Shown piece by piece: positions 17,130 to 25,588 of a stretch of 64,000 nucleotides of DNA. The notes under the pieces were generated by a model that was not told the DNA's origin, did not search any database, and saw nothing but the letters and a program-made list of their open reading frames with translations. A program made the translations under genes and the position numbers. This DNA is from Nitrospirota bacterium. Lineage in GTDB: Bacteria > Nitrospirota > Nitrospiria > SBBL01 > JAADHI01. Each line of letters opens with the position of its first letter. Position 1 is the first letter of the stretch. The stretch lies in assembly GCA_029261195.1 (NCBI GenBank), contig JAJDBU010000028.1, positions 2,650 to 66,649 of the forward strand, written 5' to 3'.

Positions 17130-18812
17130 ATGATGACACCTGAAAATGTGACCGAGATTGACGTCGTACTCGACTATCACGAGCAGACAAAGCATCGCAT
17201 TAATCGTCCGGCCCGTAGCCTTGGCTATATGGACTGGAAAAACCAACCCAATCCTTTCAGACACTATCATGGCACATCAAGAATTGACTTGGAGCAGGGT
17301 GAAGATTTCGGTGGCCCGCCATATCGTGGGTTGTTTACGGGGAATATTCCTCCTGAAAAGGTGGATTACGCCTCAATCAGTCGATTCTTTTACTACAGCA
17401 TGGCCTTGTCTGCATGGAAACAAGTGCCTGGAGGCGCTGCCTGGCCCTTACGTGTAAATCCATCAAGCGGGAACCTTCATCCATCGGAAAGTTACCTGAT
17501 TATCGGCCCTCAGGCCTTCCCGCAGATTGAAACGGGCCTCTATCATTATCGTCCGGATTGCCACGCCCTAGAAAAACGCCGATCATTTGAGACTGCATTC
17601 TCCCACATACTTGAGCAAGCGCTTCCTCCAAATGGTTTTTTTGTGGGCTTAAGTTCTATTTACTGGAGAGAGACCTGGAAGTACGGAGAGCGGGGTTTTC
17701 GCTATTGCCATCATGATGTTGGCCATGCCATCGGTGCAATTGCAATGGCGGCACTTGCACTGGGTTGGTGCGCAACGCTGGTGGATACCCTCAACGATGA
17801 AACGCTTTCTCTCCTTTTAGGTTGTGAGCAGGGGAATGGCGTTGAAGTAGAACATGCCGATTGTCTGATTGCCATTGATCCGACGACACAAGCGCCTAAA
17901 GGAAGCAGGACAAACCTTTTAGTAGATCAAGCCTTCATGGACACCTTAAGAAGTACGCCCTGTCTTGGAAAAGCAAATCAATTGAGTGACAAACACCACG
18001 ATTGGCCTATTATCCAATCGGTGTCTGCTGCTTCTCGAAAAAAAGAAGCTGTGGTTTCCGGTGAATCGGTAGGTAGAATTGCTAGGCAAGACGGCCTAAG
18101 GCTAAGCCCTGCTGGAGAACAAACTGCCTTTCAGATCATCCGCCAAAGACGGAGTGCAGTTGCAATGGATGGCCTGAGCAGCCTTGATCTCTCCCAGTTC
18201 TATGGAATGCTACAGCGTTTACAGCCAGGTGATATTTCAAGTCCCTTTTCCGCGTTTCCATGGATACCCCACATTTCTTTGTTTTTATTTGTACATCGGG
18301 TCATCGGCCTGGATGCCGGCCTTTATGTGTTGTTACGAGACCCTCATCACTTAGATCTGTTAAAGACAACAATCAATCGCGATTTTCTCTGGGAAAAACC
18401 TGTGTCCTGTCCCTCACCATTAAACCTGTATCTACTCACAGCTCAGGATGTAAGGCAGGTTTCAAAATCTGTCAGTTGCGCACAGGATATTGCAGCCGAT
18501 GGGGTCTTTTCCCTTGCTATGCTCGCGCGTTTTGAAACCGTCATTCGTGAAAATGGGGCGCATTTTTATCCTCGTCTTTTTTGGGAAGCGGGGTTGATTG
18601 GGCAGTTGCTCTATCTGGAAGCAGAGTCCATAGGCCTACAGGGAACCGGCATCGGCTGCTTTTTTGATGATGACGTCCACGACCTTCTGGGGCTTCAGGA
18701 CCCATCCTGGCAAAGCCTATATCATTTTACGGTTGGCGGACCGAAAGAGGATGATCGTCTACAAACGCGACCGGCCTATTCTCACCTAATTCAACAGAAG
18801 CCGACGAATTGA
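17130..18812 (+). CDS. SagB/ThcOx-type dehydrogenase (double nitroreductase fold)
   Basis: 560-aa ORF. N-terminal DYHEQTKH motif. Two nitroreductase-like halves, including WRETWKYGERGFRYCHHDVGHA and the C-terminal GTGIGCFFDD. Confidence 0.75.
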   Translation: MMTPENVTEIDVVLDYHEQTKHRINRPARSLGYMDWKNQPNPFRHYHGTSRIDLEQGEDFGGPPYRGLFTGNIPPEKVDYASISRFFYYSMALSAWKQVPGGAAWPLRVNPSSGNLHPSESYLIIGPQAFPQIETGLYHYRPDCHALEKRRSFETAFSHILEQALPPNGFFVGLSSIYWRETWKYGERGFRYCHHDVGHAIGAIAMAALALGWCATLVDTLNDETLSLLLGCEQGNGVEVEHADCLIAIDPTTQAPKGSRTNLLVDQAFMDTLRSTPCLGKANQLSDKHHDWPIIQSVSAASRKKEAVVSGESVGRIARQDGLRLSPAGEQTAFQIIRQRRSAVAMDGLSSLDLSQFYGMLQRLQPGDISSPFSAFPWIPHISLFLFVHRVIGLDAGLYVLLRDPHHLDLLKTTINRDFLWEKPVSCPSPLNLYLLTAQDVRQVSKSVSCAQDIAADGVFSLAMLARFETVIRENGAHFYPRLFWEAGLIGQLLYLEAESIGLQGTGIGCFFDDDVHDLLGLQDPSWQSLYHFTVGGPKEDDRLQTRPAYSHLIQQKPTN

Positions 18813-18969
18813 ATAGTCGTGGGCTTAGGAAATGATCACAGACGGAGAGCCTACTGCCCTGGATTCATGACATCCAATTGAGATGCTTTGAAGCTCTGAT
18901 GAAGTAGTGAGTAATCGTTTGCCCCGTCATCTCGTTTCCATATATTTAGCAAAATAAACTACCCCTACA

Positions 18970-21036
18970 TCAAGAAGACCTCAAGAGTTTTTCTCGAATC
19001 TCATTCCACTCGGTAAGAGGTGGCGAGCATGTGAAATTCTGGCAGATGGTCACAGTTGGCTTTCGGCCGATCATTTCTTGAGTACGCAAGGTTTGATTGT
19101 CAGATGACGCTCCATCTTTAAAAGAGATCACCTTGTTCGGGAGGTATAGTTGATTCAACTCAGCAAGGAGCATTTTGGTTTCGGATGAGTTTCGGTCCCC
19201 GATGATGTGAATCTCCTGGGCGGTTCTGAGAAAAAGGTCGGCTGCCGCAATCATGTTTCCGGTCCCGAAGCAATTCTCTTCCATTTCAGAGCTAAAGGCA
19301 TGCAAAATGGACTCTGCTTTTTCTTGATACGATTTTTCACTGCACAAATAGAAGAGACGTTGAAGTGCCTGCGCCGCAATGGCATTTCCGGATGGGACCG
19401 ACTGGTCATAGACAGGTTTGCTCCGGTCAATCAAAGTTTCATGGTCATCAGAGGTGAAATAGAAACCGCCTGCCTCATGGTCCCAAAATTTTGAAATCAA
19501 AATATCCGCAAGCGACTTGGCATGCAAGAGGTAATGCTGCTTCCCAGAAGCCTCGTAAAGATCGATCAGGGCATCCAGAAAATAGGCCACATCATCTAGA
19601 TAGGCATTCAACTTTGCGATGCCATCTTTATAGGTATGCAGGAGGCGGTCATTTTGATAGAGATGGCTAAGGATAAATCCCGCCGCTTTTTCAGCGGCGA
19701 GGAGAAAGCGGTTCTCCCCGGTTACCTGATACCCGGTGACAAAGGCTCCAATCATCAGACTATTCCAGTTGGTGAGGATTTTTTCGTCTCGCATTGGCTT
19801 CGTTCGATGCTCTCGATATTGAAGGAGCTTCGCTTTGGATGTCTGGATGATGCTTGTCATCTCATCGATCGGACTTCCCAATGCTTCGGCCAGCACTTCA
19901 ATCGACCTTGTCAGATGAGGGATATTCTGCCCCTCAAAATTTCCTGCATCAGTGATGTTGTAATAACGGCAAAGGACTGTCCCCGAATCCAATCCCAAAA
20001 CGGAATGAAACTCTTCAGGCCGCCAGATAAAATACGTCCCTTCTGCACCTTCGCTATCGGCATCTTGCGCAGAATAGAAGCCTCCTTCCGGATCACACAT
20101 CTCCCGGAGAACATATTCAAGAATTTCTATGCCGATGTCCCGATAAAGCTGGTCTTCGGAGGCCTGGAATGTCCGGAAATAAAGCCGTGCAAGCTGTGCG
20201 TTATCATAAAGCATTTTTTCAAAGTGAGGCACCTGCCACTGTGCATCAACGGAATAACGGTGAAATCCGCCACCCAATTGATCATAGACTCCTCCCAATG
20301 CCATCTGCCTCAGGGTGTAAGTAACTTTATTTAAGGCTGCTTGATCGCCGCTCTGATCATAATATCTTAGTAAAAGATTGAGAGAGGGCGTGCTGGGAAA
20401 TTTTGGCGCAGTGCCAAATCCGCCAAAGTCGGCATCAAATATCCGGGTGAGGCTTTTGACGGTGCCTTCCAAGAGATCGGGATTGATTTCTTTTTTTACG
20501 GAGGAGGATTTCTTTTTCCCGGCCCGACGAAGTGCAGTTTGGACATCTCGAACCGTTGTCGAGATATCGCCTGGTCTTTCACGATAGGCTTCGCTCATGG
20601 CCTGAAGTATTTTTGGAAATCCGGGAAGTTTATAGCGATCTTTAGGAGGGAAATAGGTGCCGCCATAGAAAGGGATTTTTTCAGGCGTTAGAAACATCGT
20701 GAGCGGCCATCCCCCTCCTCGTCGAATGAAGAGTTGAACCGCGTTCTGGTAGATCTGATCGAGGTCGGGACGCTCTTCACGATCCACCTTGATATTAATG
20801 AAATGAGCATTCATGATTCCTGCAATTTCTTCATTTTCAAAGGATTCATGCGCCATCACATGGCACCAGTGACATGCAGAATAGCCAATCGAAAGAAGAA
20901 TCGGCTTCTCCAAACGGAAGGCCTCTTCAAAAGCTTCACCCCCCCACGGATACCAATCCACGGGGTTATTCGCATGTTGTAGTAAGTAAGGACTGCTCTC
21001 GTCAGCCAGACGATTAGGGGTTAATTTTGGGCTCAT
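18970..21036 (-). CDS. Thioredoxin-domain protein, YyaL/DUF255 family
   Basis: 688-aa [35 protein letters not shown]...[21 protein letters not shown]...[16 protein letters not shown], followed by a six-hairpin glycosidase-like C-terminal region. Confidence 0.9.
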   Translation of the reverse strand: MSPKLTPNRLADESSPYLLQHANNPVDWYPWGGEAFEEAFRLEKPILLSIGYSACHWCHVMAHESFENEEIAGIMNAHFINIKVDREERPDLDQIYQNAVQLFIRRGGGWPLTMFLTPEKIPFYGGTYFPPKDRYKLPGFPKILQAMSEAYRERPGDISTTVRDVQTALRRAGKKKSSSVKKEINPDLLEGTVKSLTRIFDADFGGFGTAPKFPSTPSLNLLLRYYDQSGDQAALNKVTYTLRQMALGGVYDQLGGGFHRYSVDAQWQVPHFEKMLYDNAQLARLYFRTFQASEDQLYRDIGIEILEYVLREMCDPEGGFYSAQDADSEGAEGTYFIWRPEEFHSVLGLDSGTVLCRYYNITDAGNFEGQNIPHLTRSIEVLAEALGSPIDEMTSIIQTSKAKLLQYREHRTKPMRDEKILTNWNSLMIGAFVTGYQVTGENRFLLAAEKAAGFILSHLYQNDRLLHTYKDGIAKLNAYLDDVAYFLDALIDLYEASGKQHYLLHAKSLADILISKFWDHEAGGFYFTSDDHETLIDRSKPVYDQSVPSGNAIAAQALQRLFYLCSEKSYQEKAESILHAFSSEMEENCFGTGNMIAAADLFLRTAQEIHIIGDRNSSETKMLLAELNQLYLPNKVISFKDGASSDNQTLRTQEMIGRKPTVTICQNFTCSPPLTEWNEIREKLLRSS

Positions 21037-21567
21037 CGTTTTTCCATATCAAGCAACTAAAATCCGGTTTGTAATTTGGAAGATCTCTCTACTTTCCGAT
21101 ATCGGCAGGAAGAAAGGCTTCCACTTCCTGGCGTAAGGAACCCAATGAAGATAAGAATATCAGAGAGTCATCCCCAAATTCGAGTAACGAAGCAGTTGTT
21201 GAGCTACTTCGAGTCATTTTGTCGATAGAAACTCCAGGGGCAAGTTTTTGTCCTTTGAATCCCATTTGTAACCTTAAAAATTGGAAACCCGCCCTAAATC
21301 GATTCGCCATCGAATTTGAGGGTCGGTTCCAATTGAATTGAAATCAGTTTCCGCCTTCTCCCTGGGCTTTCTCACAGGGGTCGGGATGACCTCTTAAATA
21401 CGCAATAGATGCTGATATCTTTCAATGGGGCACTTTAGGGTCGTTTATGGCGAAAATTTTAATTTCTGGTAAGTTTATATTGTTAATGAAAAAGGTTTGA
21501 AGCGCGCATAAAGCCAGACTAGATCAGTTCTTTCGTCGTGTCGGATTGAATAAGAAAAGGAGAAGAA

Positions 21568-22581
21568 ATGAAAAAGGGGTTAAATTTACCAAGCTGTGGC
21601 ATTATCGTGTTGACAATGTTCCTGGCAGGGTGTGGAGACAGCAGCAGTACGCCCGCTGCTAATTTAGGGGCGATTAACAAGATCGGCGTAACCGCCATCC
21701 CAAATTCAAATGCCACCGCAAAACCGGTGCTTGCGAGAAATTTCATCGAGAAGGGGATGAACCTCTTATTTAATCAAAATGTTGCAAATGCTGCCGGTGG
21801 CACATGTTCGATCACGGCTCCCATTGTTGAGACAATTCCAGGGGGAACAATCGAAATTGATGAAGCAATCGTCATCTTAGATCAGGTAGAAGCCGAGCAA
21901 CAGAATGAGGCTGAGAATGGCCCCAAAGTCGGTCCCTTTGCCCTTGATCTTTTAGATAATAATCCTGATGCCGGAGAAACGATCTCAATGGATCTTCCTG
22001 CCGGGAATTACAAAGAGCTCAAGACGGATTTCAAGCGGATTGATGACAACCCCAATAACACGATCCCATTGGCGATCACAACAAAGCTCACCGGAGAGCT
22101 AAAGCGTCGGCCAAGCGTCTGGATTAAAGGATTTCTCTCTGATGGCACAAATGTCTCATCCTGCAAAGAGTTTATTTTTGTCACAGACCATCGCTGGAGA
22201 ATACGGGTTCCCTTCGTAAACAGTTTTACTGATGCTGGCAACGGCGTTGATCTTGTCGTTGTATTCAGGTTGGTCGATGCCTTAAAAGACGCTTTGACAA
22301 AGAATACTGCAGATGTCACTGGCCTGTCAGCGGAGGTTGGCGCAGGAACGGTTGATCCGATGGCAGCAGAGGCAGGAGTGGACTTCCTTGATGGTCGAAC
22401 AAAAGACAAAGACCATGGCACAGCACTTGCCGAAGCGTGGGCGGCAGAACTCCCCCTAAATATGGATGTTTTTGCCCAGAACAGGGATGACAATCCGAAT
22501 GTTGACGGAACGACTTTAGTTGACGACAGCGCAGCCAGAATCAGTGGGGATGATAATCCATCAGCGAGCGATCTCCCGTAA
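21568..22581 (+). CDS. Lipoprotein, hypothetical
   Basis: 337-aa ORF. Signal peptide with lipobox (IIVLTMFLAGC). GGAG RBS. Confidence 0.7.
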   Translation: MKKGLNLPSCGIIVLTMFLAGCGDSSSTPAANLGAINKIGVTAIPNSNATAKPVLARNFIEKGMNLLFNQNVANAAGGTCSITAPIVETIPGGTIEIDEAIVILDQVEAEQQNEAENGPKVGPFALDLLDNNPDAGETISMDLPAGNYKELKTDFKRIDDNPNNTIPLAITTKLTGELKRRPSVWIKGFLSDGTNVSSCKEFIFVTDHRWRIRVPFVNSFTDAGNGVDLVVVFRLVDALKDALTKNTADVTGLSAEVGAGTVDPMAAEAGVDFLDGRTKDKDHGTALAEAWAAELPLNMDVFAQNRDDNPNVDGTTLVDDSAARISGDDNPSASDLP

Positions 22582-22615
22582 GTATAATTCATTCCAAAAC
22601 GGATAAAACCAAAAA

Positions 22616-22649
22616 GGCTCTCCCCTTGTGTCGGGAGGGCCTTTTTTTT
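22616..22649 (+). terminator. Rho-independent terminator
   Basis: GGCTCTCCC-cttgtgtc-GGGAGGGCC followed by T8. Confidence 0.8.
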
Positions 22650-22774
22650 GCGTCGAAAACCTTTCAAATCCCTTTTCCTCAATATAGACGAGGCTTAATC
22701 TTGACTTGAAAAACTGGCTGTCTATAATCCATGAAGCGTCGCGATGAAAGATCGGGTTTTAAAGTGGAGCAAGC

Positions 22775-24388
22775 ATGGCAAGTTTGCGGATCTATTTAAA
22801 AGAAACCTTTCGGTGGAATTATACTTTACTCGACAGGGAAGTTTGTATTGGTCGGAGCAGGAAGAACCACATTGTTCTGCCTCACCCCGAAGTCTCACGA
22901 TACCAGACCGTCATCCAAAGAGAAGGCAATCAGTATATTGCTGTTGATCGAAGCGGGAAAGGCCTGATGCTTAACGGCAATACGGCTGAACAGACGATTC
23001 TCAAACAGGGTGACTCCCTGCAAGTTGGCGCATTTAGACTCATCTTCGAACCAGAGCCGCTTGCGACTCAACAAGGTGATACCTTAACTTGGGAATCGAC
23101 AATTGATATTCCTGCTCAAGGTCGCCCGAAAGAGAAACTCGGAGAATGTGAATTGGTCGTGGTTCAGGGACCCGACGAAGGAAAACGGATTTCGATTGGC
23201 AAAGGGATAATCCGGGTGGGACGAAGTGTTCGAGGTCATTTCCCTCTTTCGGATAAAACCATCTCAAATGTTCATCTGGAGATTGAATCAACTGCGGCTG
23301 GCATCCAGGTGCGTGATATGGGCAGCACCAACGGCACCCGAGTGGATGGTCGTACCATTCAGGGCCAAACCATCGAAATCGATTCCGAAATTCAGGTCGG
23401 GAAAACCACGCTGAAGATTTTTCTGGAAGAAGAATCCCTCCCCTTCTCAGATACTTCCCTTGGGCAGCTCATCGGTCAGGCGCCGAAGATGGTTGAAGTC
23501 TATTACCTGCTTCGAAAGGGGGCGACCAGCAATGCTCCCATCCTGATACAAGGAGAAACAGGCAGCGGTAAGGAACTCGTTGCCAAGGAAGTGCATCGAC
23601 TCAGTCCTCGTGCCAAAAAACCCTTTATTACTGTCGATTGTAGTTCCATTCCGAAAGACCTGATTGAGTCTGAACTCTTCGGCCATGAAAAAGGCGCCTT
23701 TACCAGCGCTATCGCCCAACGCTTAGGCGCCTTTGAGTTGGCTGATGGTGGAACGATTTTTTTAGATGAGATCGGAGAGTTACCGCTCGAAATGCAGCCG
23801 AAGCTTCTCCGGGTACTTGAAGATAAACGTTTCAAACGAATTGGGGGCAGCGAACTGATCCAGTCAGATTTTCGCATTATAGCAGCGACAAATCGCTGGC
23901 TAGATCAAGAGGTCATGAACGGCCGTTTTCGACAGGATCTTTTTTTCAGACTTTATGTACTCCCGGTTTTTCTGCCACCTCTGAGGGAGCGACGGGAGGA
24001 TATTCCTCTCTTAGTCGCCCACTTTCTGAAGGGAAAGGCGGTAGAGGTGCCGAAGGAGGTCCTCGCCAAGCTCATTCAACATCCCTGGCCCGGAAATGTG
24101 AGGGAGCTTAGAAATGTCATGGAACGCGGTGTTGTTATGATGGAGGGAAATCGACTGAGATCCGAAGACCTGCTTTTCTTAAGGGCTGAAAAAAAAGGCG
24201 GTGGCCCGATGCCCTGGGAAAAGCATGATGATGCACCACCAGAATCGCTCGAAGAGATTGAAAAACAAGTGATTCGACGTACCCTGAAGGGCTGTGCCGG
24301 AGATAAAAAGCAGGTGGCCAAGACCCTCGGCATTGCGCTCTCGACGCTTTATGAAAAAATAAAACGCTATCGCCTCGACAATGATTAA
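22775..24388 (+). CDS. Sigma-54-dependent transcriptional activator with two N-terminal FHA domains
   Basis: 537-aa ORF. FHA 1 (REVCIGRSRKNHIVLPHPEVSRYQTVIQREGNQYIAVDRSGKGLMLNG). FHA 2 (IIRVGRSVRGHFPLSDKTISNVHLEIE...VRDMGSTNGTRVDG). AAA+ Walker A GETGSGKE, sigma54-contact loop GHEKGAFTSA and Walker B GGTIFLDEIGEL. C-terminal Fis-type HTH (VAKTLGIALSTLYEKIKRY). Confidence 0.9.
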   Translation: MASLRIYLKETFRWNYTLLDREVCIGRSRKNHIVLPHPEVSRYQTVIQREGNQYIAVDRSGKGLMLNGNTAEQTILKQGDSLQVGAFRLIFEPEPLATQQGDTLTWESTIDIPAQGRPKEKLGECELVVVQGPDEGKRISIGKGIIRVGRSVRGHFPLSDKTISNVHLEIESTAAGIQVRDMGSTNGTRVDGRTIQGQTIEIDSEIQVGKTTLKIFLEEESLPFSDTSLGQLIGQAPKMVEVYYLLRKGATSNAPILIQGETGSGKELVAKEVHRLSPRAKKPFITVDCSSIPKDLIESELFGHEKGAFTSAIAQRLGAFELADGGTIFLDEIGELPLEMQPKLLRVLEDKRFKRIGGSELIQSDFRIIAATNRWLDQEVMNGRFRQDLFFRLYVLPVFLPPLRERREDIPLLVAHFLKGKAVEVPKEVLAKLIQHPWPGNVRELRNVMERGVVMMEGNRLRSEDLLFLRAEKKGGGPMPWEKHDDAPPESLEEIEKQVIRRTLKGCAGDKKQVAKTLGIALSTLYEKIKRYRLDND

Positions 24389-24412
24389 GCTATAAAAATC
24401 ATTGGTGGACAG

Positions 24413-24444
24413 ACAAAAAAAAGGGGCTATTCGCCCCTTTTTTT
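24413..24444. terminator. Bidirectional rho-independent terminator between convergent genes
   Basis: A10-GGGGC-tattc-GCCCC-T7. Confidence 0.75.
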
Positions 24445-24472
24445 GTTAATTGTTATTGAGAAAACCTTCTCT

Positions 24473-24796
24473 TCAGTTCTCTGTGGCGAAGGCCTTTTTA
24501 ATGAGAGGCTCAACTTCTCCCTTACTTTCCATTTCGTCGAGTATGTCAGTGTCCCCATAGAACTGACCGTCGATAAAAACCTTCGGAAGCGTTGGCCAGT
24601 TAGTCATCTTGGAGAGGGCTTCCCGTTTTTCCACATTTCTTAAGACATCAATGACCTCAAAGTCATATCCGTATTTATTAAAAAAAACAATGGTTTCCTT
24701 AGTAAAACCACACATTGGCATCGACTTTGTTCCTTTGCCGTAAATTAATATTTTGTTGTCTTCGACTTCTTTTTTTATTTCTTCATCAATCGTCAT
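24473..24796 (-). CDS. Monothiol glutaredoxin (Grx4 family; CGFT active site)
   Basis: 107-aa ORF. KSMPMCGFTKETI ... WPTLPKVFIDGQFYGDTDIL. Confidence 0.88.
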   Translation of the reverse strand: MTIDEEIKKEVEDNKILIYGKGTKSMPMCGFTKETIVFFNKYGYDFEVIDVLRNVEKREALSKMTNWPTLPKVFIDGQFYGDTDILDEMESKGEVEPLIKKAFATEN

Positions 24797-24831
24797 TTTG
24801 GCTGTTTCTCCTTAGAAAAAACAATGGGTAT

Positions 24832-25080
24832 TTAAGCGGCCGCGGCCTCTTCCGGTGTCTTGGCCTTGATCTCCAAGGCATGAATACGGCCATCCTGCAT
24901 TGGCTCGTTTAAGGCTTGATAGACAAGACGCTGCCGGTCGAGCAAGTTCTTTCCTTCGAAAACGGCGGACACAATTTGGACTTGAAAATGGTCCATCGTA
25001 CCGGTTCGATCAGTGATCGACACTTCAGCATCTGGCATTGTCTTGTGAATATAAGAGATGAGAATATCCTGACTAATCAT
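24832..25080 (-). CDS. BolA-family protein
   Basis: The ATG at 25080 gives 82 aa. DHFQVQIVSAVFEGKNLLDRQRLVYQAL...GRIHALEIKAKTPEE. Paired with the glutaredoxin gene. Confidence 0.85.
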   Translation of the reverse strand: MISQDILISYIHKTMPDAEVSITDRTGTMDHFQVQIVSAVFEGKNLLDRQRLVYQALNEPMQDGRIHALEIKAKTPEEAAAA

Positions 25081-25588
25081 CGTATCTAAGCCTTTCCTTT
25101 TAAGTTGATAGAAAAAAATTATAACCCAGTACATTTCTGATCGTAAAGGAAAAAGAGGCGCTTCATCCAGGCTTAAAAGTAGGAGGCTAATTCAGCAGGC
25201 ACTTGATACATTTCGACTAAAGCCTTATCTACTGAACATATTATGTGCGTTTCCAGAGATTCAGAAATGCCCTCTTGCCTTGACAAGACCCGAATCTCTG
25301 ATATCTTTTTAGTATCCACAGAAAGGGCAAACTGGTCGAAAGGCCGGGACGCAAAGTCACAAAGCTTCGTCATTGCGCCTTTGTTCGCAATGACATGCTG
25401 GTTGGGCCACCTAGGACGGACCCGATAAACTTAAATCAATTCGTGTCTGTTGTACGGTTGGCCCGTTTCATCAATGAAATGGGCTTTTTTATTGGGCACG
25501 AAAGTAACACTCCATTTTTCACACAACCCAAAAAATAGCTCTCCAGAAGGCAGACTGCCAGGTTTGCTTCATTTAAAGGGAGATTCTT

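Noticed and set aside
19636-20334. 232-aa ORF on the plus strand.
   Set aside because: It lies antisense within the YyaL/DUF255 gene. No motif is present.
21089-21310. 73-aa minus-strand ORF, 52 nt upstream of yyaL.
   Set aside because: It has no RBS at the annotated ATG and no recognisable motif. Its status is undecided, so I did not report it as a feature.
22008-22682. 224-aa ORF on the minus strand.
   Set aside because: It lies entirely antisense to the well-supported lipoprotein gene (21568-22581). It has a Ser/Ala/Pro/Arg-rich shadow-frame composition and no RBS.
25173-25373. 66-aa minus-strand ORF upstream of bolA.
   Set aside because: It has no convincing RBS or family signature. 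It could be a small protein or a remnant. The evidence is insufficient.
25491-25575. Candidate sigma54 promoter strings, which would link to the adjacent sigma54 activator. One is TTGGGCACGAAAGTAACA upstream of the large lipoprotein gene. A related string, AGGCCGAATTCCGGCAT, lies at 28389-28405 upstream of the DsrE-fold operon.
   Set aside because: The first string has AC instead of the essential GC at -12. The second has GG-N10-GC spacing but poor flanking matches (AGGCCG and CGGCA). Neither meets the TGGCAC-N5-TTGCW consensus well enough.
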